From SAR324 cluster bacterium (GTDB taxonomy: Bacteria > SAR324 > NAC60-12): 64,000 nt of DNA. Position 1 is the first letter of the stretch, and every line of letters begins with the position of its first letter. Under the pieces are notes generated by a model. The model had not been told where the DNA came from. It did no database searches and was given only the letters and a program-made list of their open reading frames with translations. The translations under genes were made by a program, and so were the position numbers. Positions 49,601 to 60,020 of this stretch are shown one piece after another. The stretch is taken from positions 225 through 64,224 of the forward strand of contig JACNJW010000024.1 of the NCBI GenBank assembly GCA_014382365.1. The letters are read 5' to 3'.

Positions 49601-50818
49601 TCATATTTCTTGTTCCACGAATGAGAGTCCTTTTTTTCCTGAATAACCAAATGTATACCAAAGAAGTGCAATTACTACCAATCCCAGCAATGGAATCGCA
49701 CTGAGATTTACTACCTCCCACCCCATAGTTGTCTGGAGTACCCCTGCAAGCAATGATGAAAAAGCAGAAAAGCCAAAAACAAGAAAGTCATTAACACCCT
49801 GTACAATGGCTTTTTCTGCAGGGTAATAGGTTTCTGTGACCATAGTTGTGCCGGCCACAAACATGAAGTTCCAGCCTATACCTAACAATATCAAGGCCGA
49901 CCAAAAATTAAGTACATCAGTTCCGGAAAAATTTATTATTACGCATAATATATTCAACAGTATCCCTGTAAAGATAATCGGAACTGCACCAAAACGATGG
50001 ATTAAGGAGCCGGTAAAAAAAGAAGGAGCAAACATGCCTACAACATGCCACTGAATAACGAATGCTGCATCACTGAATGGATGACCACTGCCTTCAGTCA
50101 TTGCCAGTGGAGTGGCGGTCATTATCATAGCCATCACTCCGTAGCCCGCCATTGAGGTCAATACAGCAACTAGAAATTTTGGCTGGCTGAAGATTTCTTT
50201 CAATGGACGAGTTTTCCCCTTTTGCTCTGCCTCGCTTGGCTTAGGTAGTTTAGTTACAGACAAAACCATGACTGTAAGTACAAAAAACAGTATAACAAAC
50301 AGATAACTTCCTGCAAACTGAGCATTTGGTATAAGATCTTTGGCCATCGAAGCGACAGTCGGTCCAATAAAACCCGCAATAATTCCTCCAAACATGACCA
50401 ATGAGACTGCTTTTGTTTTAAACTCATTGGTAGCTACATCTGCTGCAGCAAAACGATACAGTTGGCCAAAACCACTCAAAGTTCCCAAACAGAATATGCT
50501 TAGACAAAAAAAGAAAAAACTGGCATAAATAATTGATGCTGCTGCAGAAATAGCACCTATAGCACCGATTCCGGTACCAATCATAAAACCGTACTTGCGG
50601 CCTACGCGTTTCATCAGTAAGGAAGCCGGAATTCCAGCCAGCATGGTACCAATCAAATGAATTGAAATCGGTAAGGTCGCCAGTGCTTTGTTGTCAGCAA
50701 GTTGAAACCCAACCAAAGAAGAGGCAGAAATCGTAAGGCTGCTTGTGGATCCTGTAAGGGCAAAACAAACACTTAACAAAAAAACTGTTCTCAATAAATT
50801 TGGATCTGACTTATACAT
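49601..50818 (-). CDS. MFS transporter
   Basis: 405 aa, 12 predicted TM helices. MFS-like loop motif (GRKYGFMIGTG region). Confidence 0.7.
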   Translation of the reverse strand: MYKSDPNLLRTVFLLSVCFALTGSTSSLTISASSLVGFQLADNKALATLPISIHLIGTMLAGIPASLLMKRVGRKYGFMIGTGIGAIGAISAAASIIYASFFFFCLSIFCLGTLSGFGQLYRFAAADVATNEFKTKAVSLVMFGGIIAGFIGPTVASMAKDLIPNAQFAGSYLFVILFFVLTVMVLSVTKLPKPSEAEQKGKTRPLKEIFSQPKFLVAVLTSMAGYGVMAMIMTATPLAMTEGSGHPFSDAAFVIQWHVVGMFAPSFFTGSLIHRFGAVPIIFTGILLNILCVIINFSGTDVLNFWSALILLGIGWNFMFVAGTTMVTETYYPAEKAIVQGVNDFLVFGFSAFSSLLAGVLQTTMGWEVVNLSAIPLLGLVVIALLWYTFGYSGKKGLSFVEQEI

Positions 50819-50923
50819 GTAAAATAACTAATAATTTTGTTTAAATTAAAGACTGATTATTCTAACATAATTATATCCTTCCTCCAAGCTGGGGACTACT
50901 AACATTAAACAATAAATAATTTT

Positions 50924-52060
50924 ATGAACGAGTATCTTGAGCAATATTGGTCCTTTTATCATGCGGCAGTATTAATTTTCCTTTTTGCTGGTCTGTCTCT
51001 GGTGCTAAAACTTATTTTTTTTAAACGTAAACGCAGAAAAAAGGAACCACATTTGTCCTTCAAACATTGGAATAATCGCTTTGACAGTGATTTTGAACGC
51101 CTGGAAAAAGAACTGCATTTTTCACCTTATTTACCCAAAGAAGCCACAAAGCTCTTGAAAAAAGCCAGGAAAAAGGAAGAGAAAGCAGAAAAATCAAAAG
51201 ACAAGGAAGAGAGTGCCAAAACAGTCAGTACCATCCGCGAAAAATTAAAAGGAGGACTGAAAACTGTGGATGTTCTCAAAGATCACTCTAATTGCGTTTA
51301 TGTGTTGACATTCATCGGCAACGTGATGGCTTCAGAAGTAGAACAGCTTCGGGATCAAATTTCATTTCTCCTGCAGGTAGCACAACCAGCCGACGAAATT
51401 GTTATCCGTCTGACCAGTCCGGGGGGTGCAGTGCCCCAGTACGGTTTGGCAAGTTCTCAACTTGAACGTCTCAAACAGGCAGGTTTGCGCAGTGTGGTTT
51501 GTGTAGACACTGTTGCGGCAAGTGGAGGTTATATGATGGCTGCAGTAGCAGATAAAATAATTGCTGCACCATTTGCTATTATTGGCTCGATTGGAGTAGT
51601 AGCCGGCATTCCAAATTTTCATCGTGTTTTACAAAAAAATGAGGTAGATTATCACCTATTCACGGCTGGTAAATACAAACGAACTGTCACACCATTTACT
51701 GAAGTTACTGATGAAGGTAAACAAAAACTGCAGGACGACATTGCAGCTATTCATGAAGCTTTCAAAACCCTTATTAAAAATGGCCGCCCAGATGTAGATA
51801 TTGAAGATATTTCTACAGGAGAATATTGGCTGGCATCACAGGCAAAAGAAAAAGGTTTAGTAGACGAAATCATGACCAGCGATGATTATCTGAGCGCTAA
51901 ACTGGATACATGTGAGGTAATTGAAATTACGACTGAGACTGAACAAAATCGGATTGAAAAACTAATCGAAGGCGGAACATCACTTTTTAAGCAGTGGACC
52001 AGTTCCAAAATACCCGGTGTTGGAGAAGAGCTTGAGGATGTACGTCAACGTTTCCGCTGA
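50924..52060 (+). CDS. sohB: S49-family serine peptidase SohB-like (SppA family)
   Basis: N-terminal TM, a Lys-rich linker, then an S49/ClpP-fold domain (…AASGGYMMAAVADKIIAAPFAIIGSIGVV…). Confidence 0.7.
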   Translation: MNEYLEQYWSFYHAAVLIFLFAGLSLVLKLIFFKRKRRKKEPHLSFKHWNNRFDSDFERLEKELHFSPYLPKEATKLLKKARKKEEKAEKSKDKEESAKTVSTIREKLKGGLKTVDVLKDHSNCVYVLTFIGNVMASEVEQLRDQISFLLQVAQPADEIVIRLTSPGGAVPQYGLASSQLERLKQAGLRSVVCVDTVAASGGYMMAAVADKIIAAPFAIIGSIGVVAGIPNFHRVLQKNEVDYHLFTAGKYKRTVTPFTEVTDEGKQKLQDDIAAIHEAFKTLIKNGRPDVDIEDISTGEYWLASQAKEKGLVDEIMTSDDYLSAKLDTCEVIEITTETEQNRIEKLIEGGTSLFKQWTSSKIPGVGEELEDVRQRFR

Positions 52061-52151
52061 AATGATCATAACTGTGATACCGTTACTTTAAAGGTTGTCG
52101 ATCAATAGAATTGTATTATTGAGTTTTTAGACAAACAAATTGCGTGATGCC

Positions 52152-53819
52152 TCATATCATTCCTAAAAAATAGCCGCAACCAGGTAAATTCAATTTATCA
52201 CCACTTAGTGAGCAACGACGTTTCAATGTGGTTGGAGTCAATTCTTTGACGACTTTGCTTGGTAAGTTAATAATCTGTTCCTCTGCAGAAAAATTAGCAG
52301 CAATCAACATTGATTGATTTTCAGTTTTCCTTTCAAAAACAAAACATTCGCCTTCTATCAAGAGTTCCCTGAAACTTCCTTTTTGTAATGCAGAATATTG
52401 TTTGCGGATTGTCAACATTTCCTTTAGTACATAAAATGTACTATTAGGATCAGCAACTACCTGATCAAGAGTTAAAGTGTTTTTGGCAGGAAGCCAGGGT
52501 TTTGTTCCCTCATTAAACCCTTGATTTGAGGCCTTGGAATCCCATGGGAATGGAAGTCGGCAGCCATCTCGTCCTTTAATTTCAGGCCAGAAACGAATAC
52601 CCTGAGGGTCCTTAACTTCTGCTTTTGAAATTGGATATTCTTCCATATCAATTTCTTCACCGTAGTAAATAATCGGTGTACCTCTTAAAGAAAGCATTAA
52701 GAGCAGCATCATTTGTTGAAATCCATCTCTCTCTGCAAAACAATCGTAACGGGTCATCATGCGGGTACAATCATGATTACTCAAAGACCAACAGGGCCAG
52801 CCATCTTCAATTGAATCTTCAGTAACTCGCACTATGTGATCAAAGTACTCTGCACTCATTTCTTTATTCAACATTGCAAAGGTATATGCCATATGCAGTC
52901 CGTCACCATGCTTGACATAATCTGCACCGAGTTTTAGGGTTTCGTCCAAGCCTTCACTGCTTCCAATTTCTCCAACAGAGGTAATTGCACTGCCTTCGTC
53001 AAATATTCTGCGTAAATAATGAATAATTTCAATATTTTCTGGTCTATCTTTTGAGTATTTTGTAATGTAACTGCTGAGTGGGTTTGCTTCCTGACCATCC
53101 TCCAACGGTCGTGAATTAGGAGGCCTTTTAGGGTTATCGCGTAACTTTTTATCATAGGCATAATAATTTGCAGTATCTAAACGAAATCCATCAACACCAC
53201 GCTTCATCCAGAAACGGACCACATCAGCTAGTGCCTCTCTTACCTCAGGATTGTACCAGTTCAAATCAGGTTGCTCAGGTAAAAAGTTATGTAAATAATA
53301 CTGTTCCCTTTGCGGTTCGTAAGTCCAAGCTGCGCCGCCAAATACAGCAAGCCAATTGTTCGGTGGAGAACCATCCGGTTTAGGATCCGCCCAAACATAC
53401 CAATCTGCTTTAGGATTGAACTGGTTTTTTCTAGATTCCTGAAACCATTTATGCTGATCTGAAGAGTGGTTGAGCACCAAATCCAAAACCACCTTAATAT
53501 TACGCTTGTGTGCTTCTGCCAGCAAATTATCAAAATCTGTCAGCGTTCCATAATCTACATCAATATCACAATAGTCACTGACATCATAACCAAAATCAGC
53601 TTGTGGAGATGGGAAAAATGGAGAAAACCAAATAGCATCAATACCAAGTCCACCACCTTTACCGTCATTTAGATGATCCAGTTTTTCAATTACCCCCTGT
53701 AAATCTCCAATACCGTCGTTATCAGCATCATAAAAACTACGAGGATATATTTGATAGAACACTGCAGATTTCCACCAGTCTTCAGTTGACATCATATTTG
53801 AATTACCTACAGAACTCAT
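52152..53819 (-). CDS. GH13 alpha-glucosidase/oligo-1,6-glucosidase-family glycoside hydrolase
   Basis: GH13 conserved regions: DAIWFSPFF, GVDGFRLDTANYY (region II Asp), SLSNHDCTR (region IV). Confidence 0.8.
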   Translation of the reverse strand: MSSVGNSNMMSTEDWWKSAVFYQIYPRSFYDADNDGIGDLQGVIEKLDHLNDGKGGGLGIDAIWFSPFFPSPQADFGYDVSDYCDIDVDYGTLTDFDNLLAEAHKRNIKVVLDLVLNHSSDQHKWFQESRKNQFNPKADWYVWADPKPDGSPPNNWLAVFGGAAWTYEPQREQYYLHNFLPEQPDLNWYNPEVREALADVVRFWMKRGVDGFRLDTANYYAYDKKLRDNPKRPPNSRPLEDGQEANPLSSYITKYSKDRPENIEIIHYLRRIFDEGSAITSVGEIGSSEGLDETLKLGADYVKHGDGLHMAYTFAMLNKEMSAEYFDHIVRVTEDSIEDGWPCWSLSNHDCTRMMTRYDCFAERDGFQQMMLLLMLSLRGTPIIYYGEEIDMEEYPISKAEVKDPQGIRFWPEIKGRDGCRLPFPWDSKASNQGFNEGTKPWLPAKNTLTLDQVVADPNSTFYVLKEMLTIRKQYSALQKGSFRELLIEGECFVFERKTENQSMLIAANFSAEEQIINLPSKVVKELTPTTLKRRCSLSGDKLNLPGCGYFLGMI

Positions 53820-53873
53820 ATTTTTCTTTCTAATTTCAATTACAATTAATATTTTATCTTTTCATTTACTTAA

Positions 53874-55025
53874 TCAGGCCTTTACGGAGCCAGTTACTAA
53901 TCCACGTACGAAGTAACGCTGAAGAGCAAAAAAAACAAATAAAGGCACGATGATTGAGATAAAAGCACTGCTGGTTAAAATTTCCCAATTATCGCCGCGT
54001 GAGCCAAGTAGTTCACGGAGTTTTGAGGTGAGGACAATTTGATCGTCTTGTTTACCAAGAAATACTAGGGCCACCAACAAATCATTCCATACCCATAAAA
54101 ATTGGAAAATGCAAAATGAAGCTAACGCCGGAACTGAAAGCGGTAAAACAAGTTTTGTGAAAATTTGGAAATGCGATGCACCGTCAATTCGGGCGGATTC
54201 GATAATGTCACGCGGAAGACTGCCCATATAGTTCCGGAGTAAATAAATGGCGAGCGGCAAACCAAAGCCTGTATGAGCGAGCCAAATTCCTAAATACGAT
54301 TTTCCTTCTGTGCCGAAAAATGCACCAATTTTGTTGTACATCGTCAACAACGGAATCAGCGACATTTGCAAAGGCACGACCAGTAATCCGACAACGCAGA
54401 CAAAAAGAAATTGCCGTCCCGGAAACTCCATCCAGGCAAAAGCATAAGCCGCAAAAGCAGCAATCATAATCGGAATAATCGTGGCCGGAATGGTAACGGT
54501 GAAGGTGTTGACAAAAGATTGACCGACATTTTCTGAAGCCAATACTTCACGGTAATTGTCCAACGAAAACATGGGAGGAACTTCGGCTACGTAAAAAATA
54601 CGTTTTCCCCGTTTATGAGTGAAAGGTTTTTGCGAAATCCATTCGTACTTTCCGTCGGACTCCAAAGTAAAAAGAGAGCCGTCTTTGAAAATCATACTTT
54701 CTCCGGATTTGTAGGCGGAAAGGTTTTTGAAATTGGTATTGTAAGTTAGAATTGTTTTTTCATTGGAAGTTAAAATTGTTCCGGAAATCAGGAACTTTCC
54801 GTCTTTTTTAACTTGATCTTCGGCAGTTCCGGTTCGTCCCCACGCATTTTGTTCAGAAGTTGAAAGTGCTGTCCACCAGCCGGTGTAGGCGAGTTGTTCT
54901 TTGTCGCGAAATGAACTGATGAGCAAGCCGATGGTCGGCGTAATCCAAAGTAAAACTAAGGCTAGCAAAGCTAAGTGATTAAAGACTTTTCCGAAAGTCA
55001 GTGATTTCGGTTTCCGGATTATCAT
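53874..55025 (-). CDS. ABC sugar transporter permease (MalG-like)
   Basis: EAA-like loop (IIESARIDGASHFQIFTKLVLP). 6 TM helices. Overlaps the upstream permease by 4 nt. Confidence 0.75.
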   Translation of the reverse strand: MIIRKPKSLTFGKVFNHLALLALVLLWITPTIGLLISSFRDKEQLAYTGWWTALSTSEQNAWGRTGTAEDQVKKDGKFLISGTILTSNEKTILTYNTNFKNLSAYKSGESMIFKDGSLFTLESDGKYEWISQKPFTHKRGKRIFYVAEVPPMFSLDNYREVLASENVGQSFVNTFTVTIPATIIPIMIAAFAAYAFAWMEFPGRQFLFVCVVGLLVVPLQMSLIPLLTMYNKIGAFFGTEGKSYLGIWLAHTGFGLPLAIYLLRNYMGSLPRDIIESARIDGASHFQIFTKLVLPLSVPALASFCIFQFLWVWNDLLVALVFLGKQDDQIVLTSKLRELLGSRGDNWEILTSSAFISIIVPLFVFFALQRYFVRGLVTGSVKA

Positions 55026-56026
55026 CTTGCCTCCTCTTCTTTGCGGAAGTTACGGATATTCCAAATCATAATCGGGATCACCGCCAACATAATCATCAAA
55101 GCGACGATGCTTCCTCGTCCGGAATCTCCGCCGCCCCGAAACATCCAGTCAAACATCAAATTCGCTAAAACTTCAGTGTTCCATTGGCCGTTGGTCATGG
55201 CTAAAACAATATCAAATATTTTGAGGACTATAATGGTGATAGTTGTCCAAACGACCATGATTGTCCCCATAATTTGCGGAACCATTATTTTGAAAAAAAT
55301 CTGTATTTCACCTGCTCCGTCAATGCGTGCGGCTTCCAAAGTTGCTTCCGGAATTCCGCGTAAAGCAGCACTGAAAATGACCATTGCAAATCCGGTTTGA
55401 ATCCAAACCAAAATTACCATCAAGAAAAAATTATTCCAAAACGGAAGTGTTATCCAGGCTTGCGGCTCAAAACCGAACATCATTACAAAAGCATTCAAAC
55501 TGCCGATTTGATCAGTATCCGGCCCCCGATAATCATAAACGAATTTCCAAATCACACTTGCGCCGACAAATGAAATAGCCATCGGCATAAAAATCAAAGA
55601 TTTGGCCAGCGTTCCCCACCAAAGTTTGTCCGCTAAAACCGCAACCGCCAAACCGAAAGCCACGCTCAACGACGGCACAACCAGCAACCACATAAAATTA
55701 TTACCGATGGCTAGTAAAAATTCCGGATTTTTGGTGGCCCAAATATAATTGTTCAGGCCGACAAATTCAAATCCGCCGAAATTGTAAAAACTCAAACGCA
55801 GTGTTTCAAAAACGGGATAAACGAGATAAATGGAAAGAATCAAAAGGGCGGGAGCTAAAAATAACCACGGACGAATGGCGCCCCGTTGACGGCTGTTGCG
55901 AACCGCATTTTCTCCGGAATCGGTAAATGCCAAATCGAGCAGAAAATTAGAACCGACATAATAAAGCGTACAAGCTCCAACGCCTAAAACAACGGCGAGG
56001 AAAGCGCTTAGAAGTTGTGTGACCAT
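55022..56026 (-). CDS. ABC sugar transporter permease (MalF-like)
   Basis: EAA loop (LEAARIDGAGEIQIFFKIMVP). Multiple TM helices. Confidence 0.75.
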   Translation of the reverse strand: MVTQLLSAFLAVVLGVGACTLYYVGSNFLLDLAFTDSGENAVRNSRQRGAIRPWLFLAPALLILSIYLVYPVFETLRLSFYNFGGFEFVGLNNYIWATKNPEFLLAIGNNFMWLLVVPSLSVAFGLAVAVLADKLWWGTLAKSLIFMPMAISFVGASVIWKFVYDYRGPDTDQIGSLNAFVMMFGFEPQAWITLPFWNNFFLMVILVWIQTGFAMVIFSAALRGIPEATLEAARIDGAGEIQIFFKIMVPQIMGTIMVVWTTITIIVLKIFDIVLAMTNGQWNTEVLANLMFDWMFRGGGDSGRGSIVALMIMLAVIPIMIWNIRNFRKEEEAR

Positions 56027-56179
56027 TCCGGACTATTGAAGTTAAAGGAAATATCTGTTTTATTTTCCGGATTTAATTAAAGTACATCTCCGGAAACAGG
56101 AGGACGATCCGTAACATCATTCAGAATTTCAGCAAAGTAATTTGATTGCTCGACACGCCTTTTTTTTGTAGCAATGTCC

Positions 56180-56848
56180 TTAATATTCTAGCACTTCAAT
56201 CGCATGCTCTTTTACGATATTTTCAAGACGAGTTTGAAATTGCACTAATTTTACTTTTCGTTCATCATCAGAAAGTTGTGCTGCTCCATAGACAATATGG
56301 GGAGACAAAACATCAAATCCGGTAAATTTCAACATTCCCCGCTGAATCGGTTTCAAAATACTGTCAATATCTCCGTTGAAACCGCCTTTATTATAAGCCG
56401 GTTCTGGGCCTCCGGTGGTCAATGACAAAAGTGCGCGTTTTCCTTTAAAAGCTCCAGTGTCGTAAATTTTGCCCATCCCATAAACGCGCCCCATAACAAA
56501 GGTTCGATCAACCCAACCTTTCAAAACAGCCGGAAGGCTAAACCACCAAAGCGGAAATTGCCAAATCATCAAATCGCACCATTCTATTTTCTGAATTTCT
56601 GTTTCTACATCTTCCGCAAAGCCATCGTTTTCAGAAGCATGTTTTTCTTCGACTTGTGGCTTGAAATAGTCGTTATCTTTGACTGTTTTAAAATTTGAGC
56701 GGTTCGAAAGTGGATCGAAACCCATTTGATTCAGTTCCGAAATTTTGACTTCATTTCCAGGTGTTTTGAGGACAGTTTTTGCAGTATCCAGCATTGCACC
56801 ATTAAAACTATTTCTTTCTGGATGTGCAAAGACAATGAGTGTTTTCAT
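56180..56848 (-). CDS. flavodoxin-like-fold NAD(P)H:quinone oxidoreductase (Flavodoxin_2 family)
   Basis: MKTLIVFAHPERNSFNGAMLD N-terminus is typical of NQO1/MdaB-like FMN/FAD reductases. Confidence 0.65.
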   Translation of the reverse strand: MKTLIVFAHPERNSFNGAMLDTAKTVLKTPGNEVKISELNQMGFDPLSNRSNFKTVKDNDYFKPQVEEKHASENDGFAEDVETEIQKIEWCDLMIWQFPLWWFSLPAVLKGWVDRTFVMGRVYGMGKIYDTGAFKGKRALLSLTTGGPEPAYNKGGFNGDIDSILKPIQRGMLKFTGFDVLSPHIVYGAAQLSDDERKVKLVQFQTRLENIVKEHAIEVLEY

Positions 56849-57030
56849 GCTATCTTTTATTTTACGTAAAATCTTTTAATTTTATCTTTTTTGTTACAAT
56901 TCAAACATCTAAAAACAAACATATATAATTGCGACGACATTTAGTGCGAAGAGGGACTTTTTTTAATGTAATGCTACTGGCTGGAATTAGTACTTAATCG
57001 AATCTCCAGTTGCTTGGACATGATCCGCTA

Positions 57031-57267
57031 CTAATCCTCAGGTAATGAGTCATAATCTTTTTTCATATTCTCAAACCACTCTTTCATTGCCTCCGGTTTT
57101 TGCATAAGTTCCTGCATTTCATTCATGGCTTTAAGATGTGCTTCATCATTTAGCTGAAACATTTCCATGCCATGTTGTTTGCTCATTTCCGCTATTTCAT
57201 CAAAAGAGGCCGCTTGAAATTCTTTATCGCACGCTCCTCCAAGTTGTCTACAGGTCATAGTTTTCAC
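57031..57267 (-). CDS. DUF1059-like small protein
   Basis: 78 aa. MTCRQLGGACDKEFQAASFDEIAEMSKQHGMEM matches the C-x(5)-C...H pattern of DUF1059 small proteins. Confidence 0.5.
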   Translation of the reverse strand: MKTMTCRQLGGACDKEFQAASFDEIAEMSKQHGMEMFQLNDEAHLKAMNEMQELMQKPEAMKEWFENMKKDYDSLPED

Positions 57268-57352
57268 AATATTCTCCGCAATTTAATTTATTACACCAGT
57301 GGATGGATCACAAAGAAGGCCGCATTTTAATGCGGCCCTCTCGTAGGGACTA

Positions 57353-58669
57353 TTACTTAATTGAATCCCAAGTAGCTTGGACATTATCAGCAACTTTTTT
57401 GGCTGATGCGCCACTTACATAATAAACCATTTGGCTCCAAAATGCACCTGCGCCGATTGCTCCCGGCATCAGGTCGGAACCGTCAAAACGGAAGGTGGTT
57501 GCGTTTTGCAAAATTTCACCTTGTTTACGCAAAGTCGCGCTGGAATACTTGCTCAAGTCCACGCCTTTGTGCGGAGTTAAAAATCCGGCACGGGCCATCC
57601 AAATTTCGTGAGATTTCGGATGTTGCAAATACTTGATGAACTCGCGGGTGGCTTTGCTGTCTTTGGCCATAGCCAATAAAGTTCCACCGCCTAAAACCGG
57701 GTTACCCAATTTTTTAGTGGAATAAGACGGGAAATAGAAGAAATCCGCATCTTCACCGACCTTCACGCTTTTCGGGAAAAAAGCCGGAATGAAACTGGCT
57801 TGACGGTGCATATAGCATCGTGGAGGCACAGTGAACAAACCTTTGGGGCTGTCCCGGAAATCGGTCGAACCGACGGCCGCCATTCCGCCGTCAACATATT
57901 TGCCGTTTTTGGCGAATTGGCCGAAAGTTTCAATCGCCGCAACCACGCGTGGATCGTTGAACTTGACATCGTTAGTTACCCAACCGTCATAAACTGAAGG
58001 CGGTTGTGTGCGCAACATCAGGTCTTCAACCCAGTCAGTTGCCGGCCACCCGGTTGCATCTCCAGAACCAAGTCCGATACACCAGGGAGTACCACCATCT
58101 TTAACGATTTGATCGCTCAAGGCAATCAATTCTTCCATCGTTTTCGGTACAGCATATCCGCCGTCTGAAAAGTTTTCCGGAGAATACCAAACTAAAGATT
58201 TGACATTCACATTAAAGAAAAAGCCATAAAACTCTTTCTTTCCGCTTTTGCTGGGATAAGTCCCCAGATCTACCCAGGACTGTCCTGCTGCATAATTGCT
58301 TTTGACCCAATTTGCGGTAGCACTTCCCAAAGGCACTAAACCGCCGATGGCCGCCATATTTGCCGCAAGGCCCGGCTGTGGAAATGCCGCCAGGTTCGGT
58401 GGACTACCCGCCTTGATGTCGATGACGATTTGTTGCTCGAAGCTGTCTGATCCAGCATATTCGACTTTGGCCCCCGTGGCCTTCTCGAAATATGCAGTAA
58501 CTGCTTCAAAACTTTCTTCGTCCGCCGTCAACCATGGACCTGAGATAGTGACCGTTTGTCCACTAAGATTAGGCCCCTTGTATTCACCTGCCATTGCAGG
58601 CACATTAATCAATGCAGCACAAATAACTGCCAGTAATGCTCCTTGCATTACTTTCAAGTAATGTTTCAT
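57353..58669 (-). CDS. ABC transporter extracellular solute-binding protein (carbohydrate, family 1)
   Basis: Signal peptide. 438 aa. SBP_bac_1-like architecture. In an operon with two permeases. Confidence 0.75.
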   Translation of the reverse strand: MKHYLKVMQGALLAVICAALINVPAMAGEYKGPNLSGQTVTISGPWLTADEESFEAVTAYFEKATGAKVEYAGSDSFEQQIVIDIKAGSPPNLAAFPQPGLAANMAAIGGLVPLGSATANWVKSNYAAGQSWVDLGTYPSKSGKKEFYGFFFNVNVKSLVWYSPENFSDGGYAVPKTMEELIALSDQIVKDGGTPWCIGLGSGDATGWPATDWVEDLMLRTQPPSVYDGWVTNDVKFNDPRVVAAIETFGQFAKNGKYVDGGMAAVGSTDFRDSPKGLFTVPPRCYMHRQASFIPAFFPKSVKVGEDADFFYFPSYSTKKLGNPVLGGGTLLAMAKDSKATREFIKYLQHPKSHEIWMARAGFLTPHKGVDLSKYSSATLRKQGEILQNATTFRFDGSDLMPGAIGAGAFWSQMVYYVSGASAKKVADNVQATWDSIK

Positions 58670-58986
58670 AGACTTACTCCTTCATTCTATGGATTAGCAA
58701 TTCAGGAATGGCAACAAACCACACCATTTTGTGTTGTCTAAATTTTTTCCCAAAACGTTTTGGAAAATAATTCAAACACTACACGGTGCAAGAATATTGA
58801 TAATATAATTAACTGTCAACATAAAAATTAACTTTTCTTTATTTTATCTAAAAAATAGTTCGAGATACCTTGACAGTAGAAGGATAAAACTGCATAACTA
58901 AAGGCTCAAAACGATTTGAACAAATTTTATCTTTATCAACAATTAATAATAATTGTCTTAATAATCAACATTACTACTGACATTTT

Positions 58987-60012
58987 ATGACTGTAAATTT
59001 ACGCCAACTTGCAAAATTGTTGGAACTTTCACCCACAACCGTATCAAGAGCACTGGCTGGTTATTCTGACGTCAGCACTAAGACCCGTAACCGAGTTAGA
59101 GTAGCAGCCAAAAAGCATAACTATCATCCTAGTCCTGTAGCACAAAGATTACAGAAAGGAAAAACGGAAACCATCGGGATTGCTCTTTCACCCGGTCAAA
59201 ATTATTTTAAAGACACTTTTTTTCTGGATTTACTGGCTGGAATAAGCGTTAGTCTGAGCAAAGTAGGGTACGACTTAACCATTTCTGTTGCACCTGACTC
59301 TGAACATGAAATAGATTCTCTTCGAAGAATGGTACAGGGTAAGCGTGTTGATGGTATGATATTAACACTGACAAAAGCCAGTGATGAACGAATCTCTTAT
59401 CTGCTTGATCAGGAGTTCCCTTTTGTATTGTATGGAAGAACCGAAGATAAGCGTCCGCATGCTTTTCTCGACATGGACGGAGAACTGGCATTTAAAGAAG
59501 CCTGTACATATTTAACTGAACTCGGCCATCAGAGGATAGCATTGATTAATGGCGAGCCGGATTACATGTTTCCAGCTTTTTGTTTTGATGGTTATAGAAA
59601 CGGATTAAAATCTGCTGGACTTGCTTTTGATGCTGAACTTGTAAAGGAATGGCGCCACGGTGATGCCGAATTGAGTAGTTATCAACAAACATTGGAACTG
59701 ATGCAACTACCGGAACCTCCCTCAGCAATCGTTTTCCAAACAGAAGCCGCCACGGGAATCTTGCAGGCTCTCCAACAACTTCAACTGAAAGTTGGTGCTG
59801 ATATTTCATTGATAGGTTATGATGATTTGGAAATAGCAAAAACTAATATTCCACCTTTGACAACTATGCGTCCTCAGGCAAGCAATGCAGGTGTGAGGTT
59901 AGTTGGAATACTTATGAAAATTTTGAATGGTTGTTCCGCAGAAAATTTTCAGGAGGTTTGGCAGGCAGAAATGGTTCAAAGGAACTCCACCTGTAGAATA
60001 AACAAAAACTAA
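58987..60012 (+). CDS. LacI-family transcriptional regulator
   Basis: N-terminal HTH (LRQLAKLLELSPTTVSRALAGYSDVSTKTRNRVRVAAKKHNYHPSPVAQRL) plus periplasmic-binding-like sugar domain. Confidence 0.85.
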   Translation: MTVNLRQLAKLLELSPTTVSRALAGYSDVSTKTRNRVRVAAKKHNYHPSPVAQRLQKGKTETIGIALSPGQNYFKDTFFLDLLAGISVSLSKVGYDLTISVAPDSEHEIDSLRRMVQGKRVDGMILTLTKASDERISYLLDQEFPFVLYGRTEDKRPHAFLDMDGELAFKEACTYLTELGHQRIALINGEPDYMFPAFCFDGYRNGLKSAGLAFDAELVKEWRHGDAELSSYQQTLELMQLPEPPSAIVFQTEAATGILQALQQLQLKVGADISLIGYDDLEIAKTNIPPLTTMRPQASNAGVRLVGILMKILNGCSAENFQEVWQAEMVQRNSTCRINKN

Positions 60013-60020
60013 ATTATAAA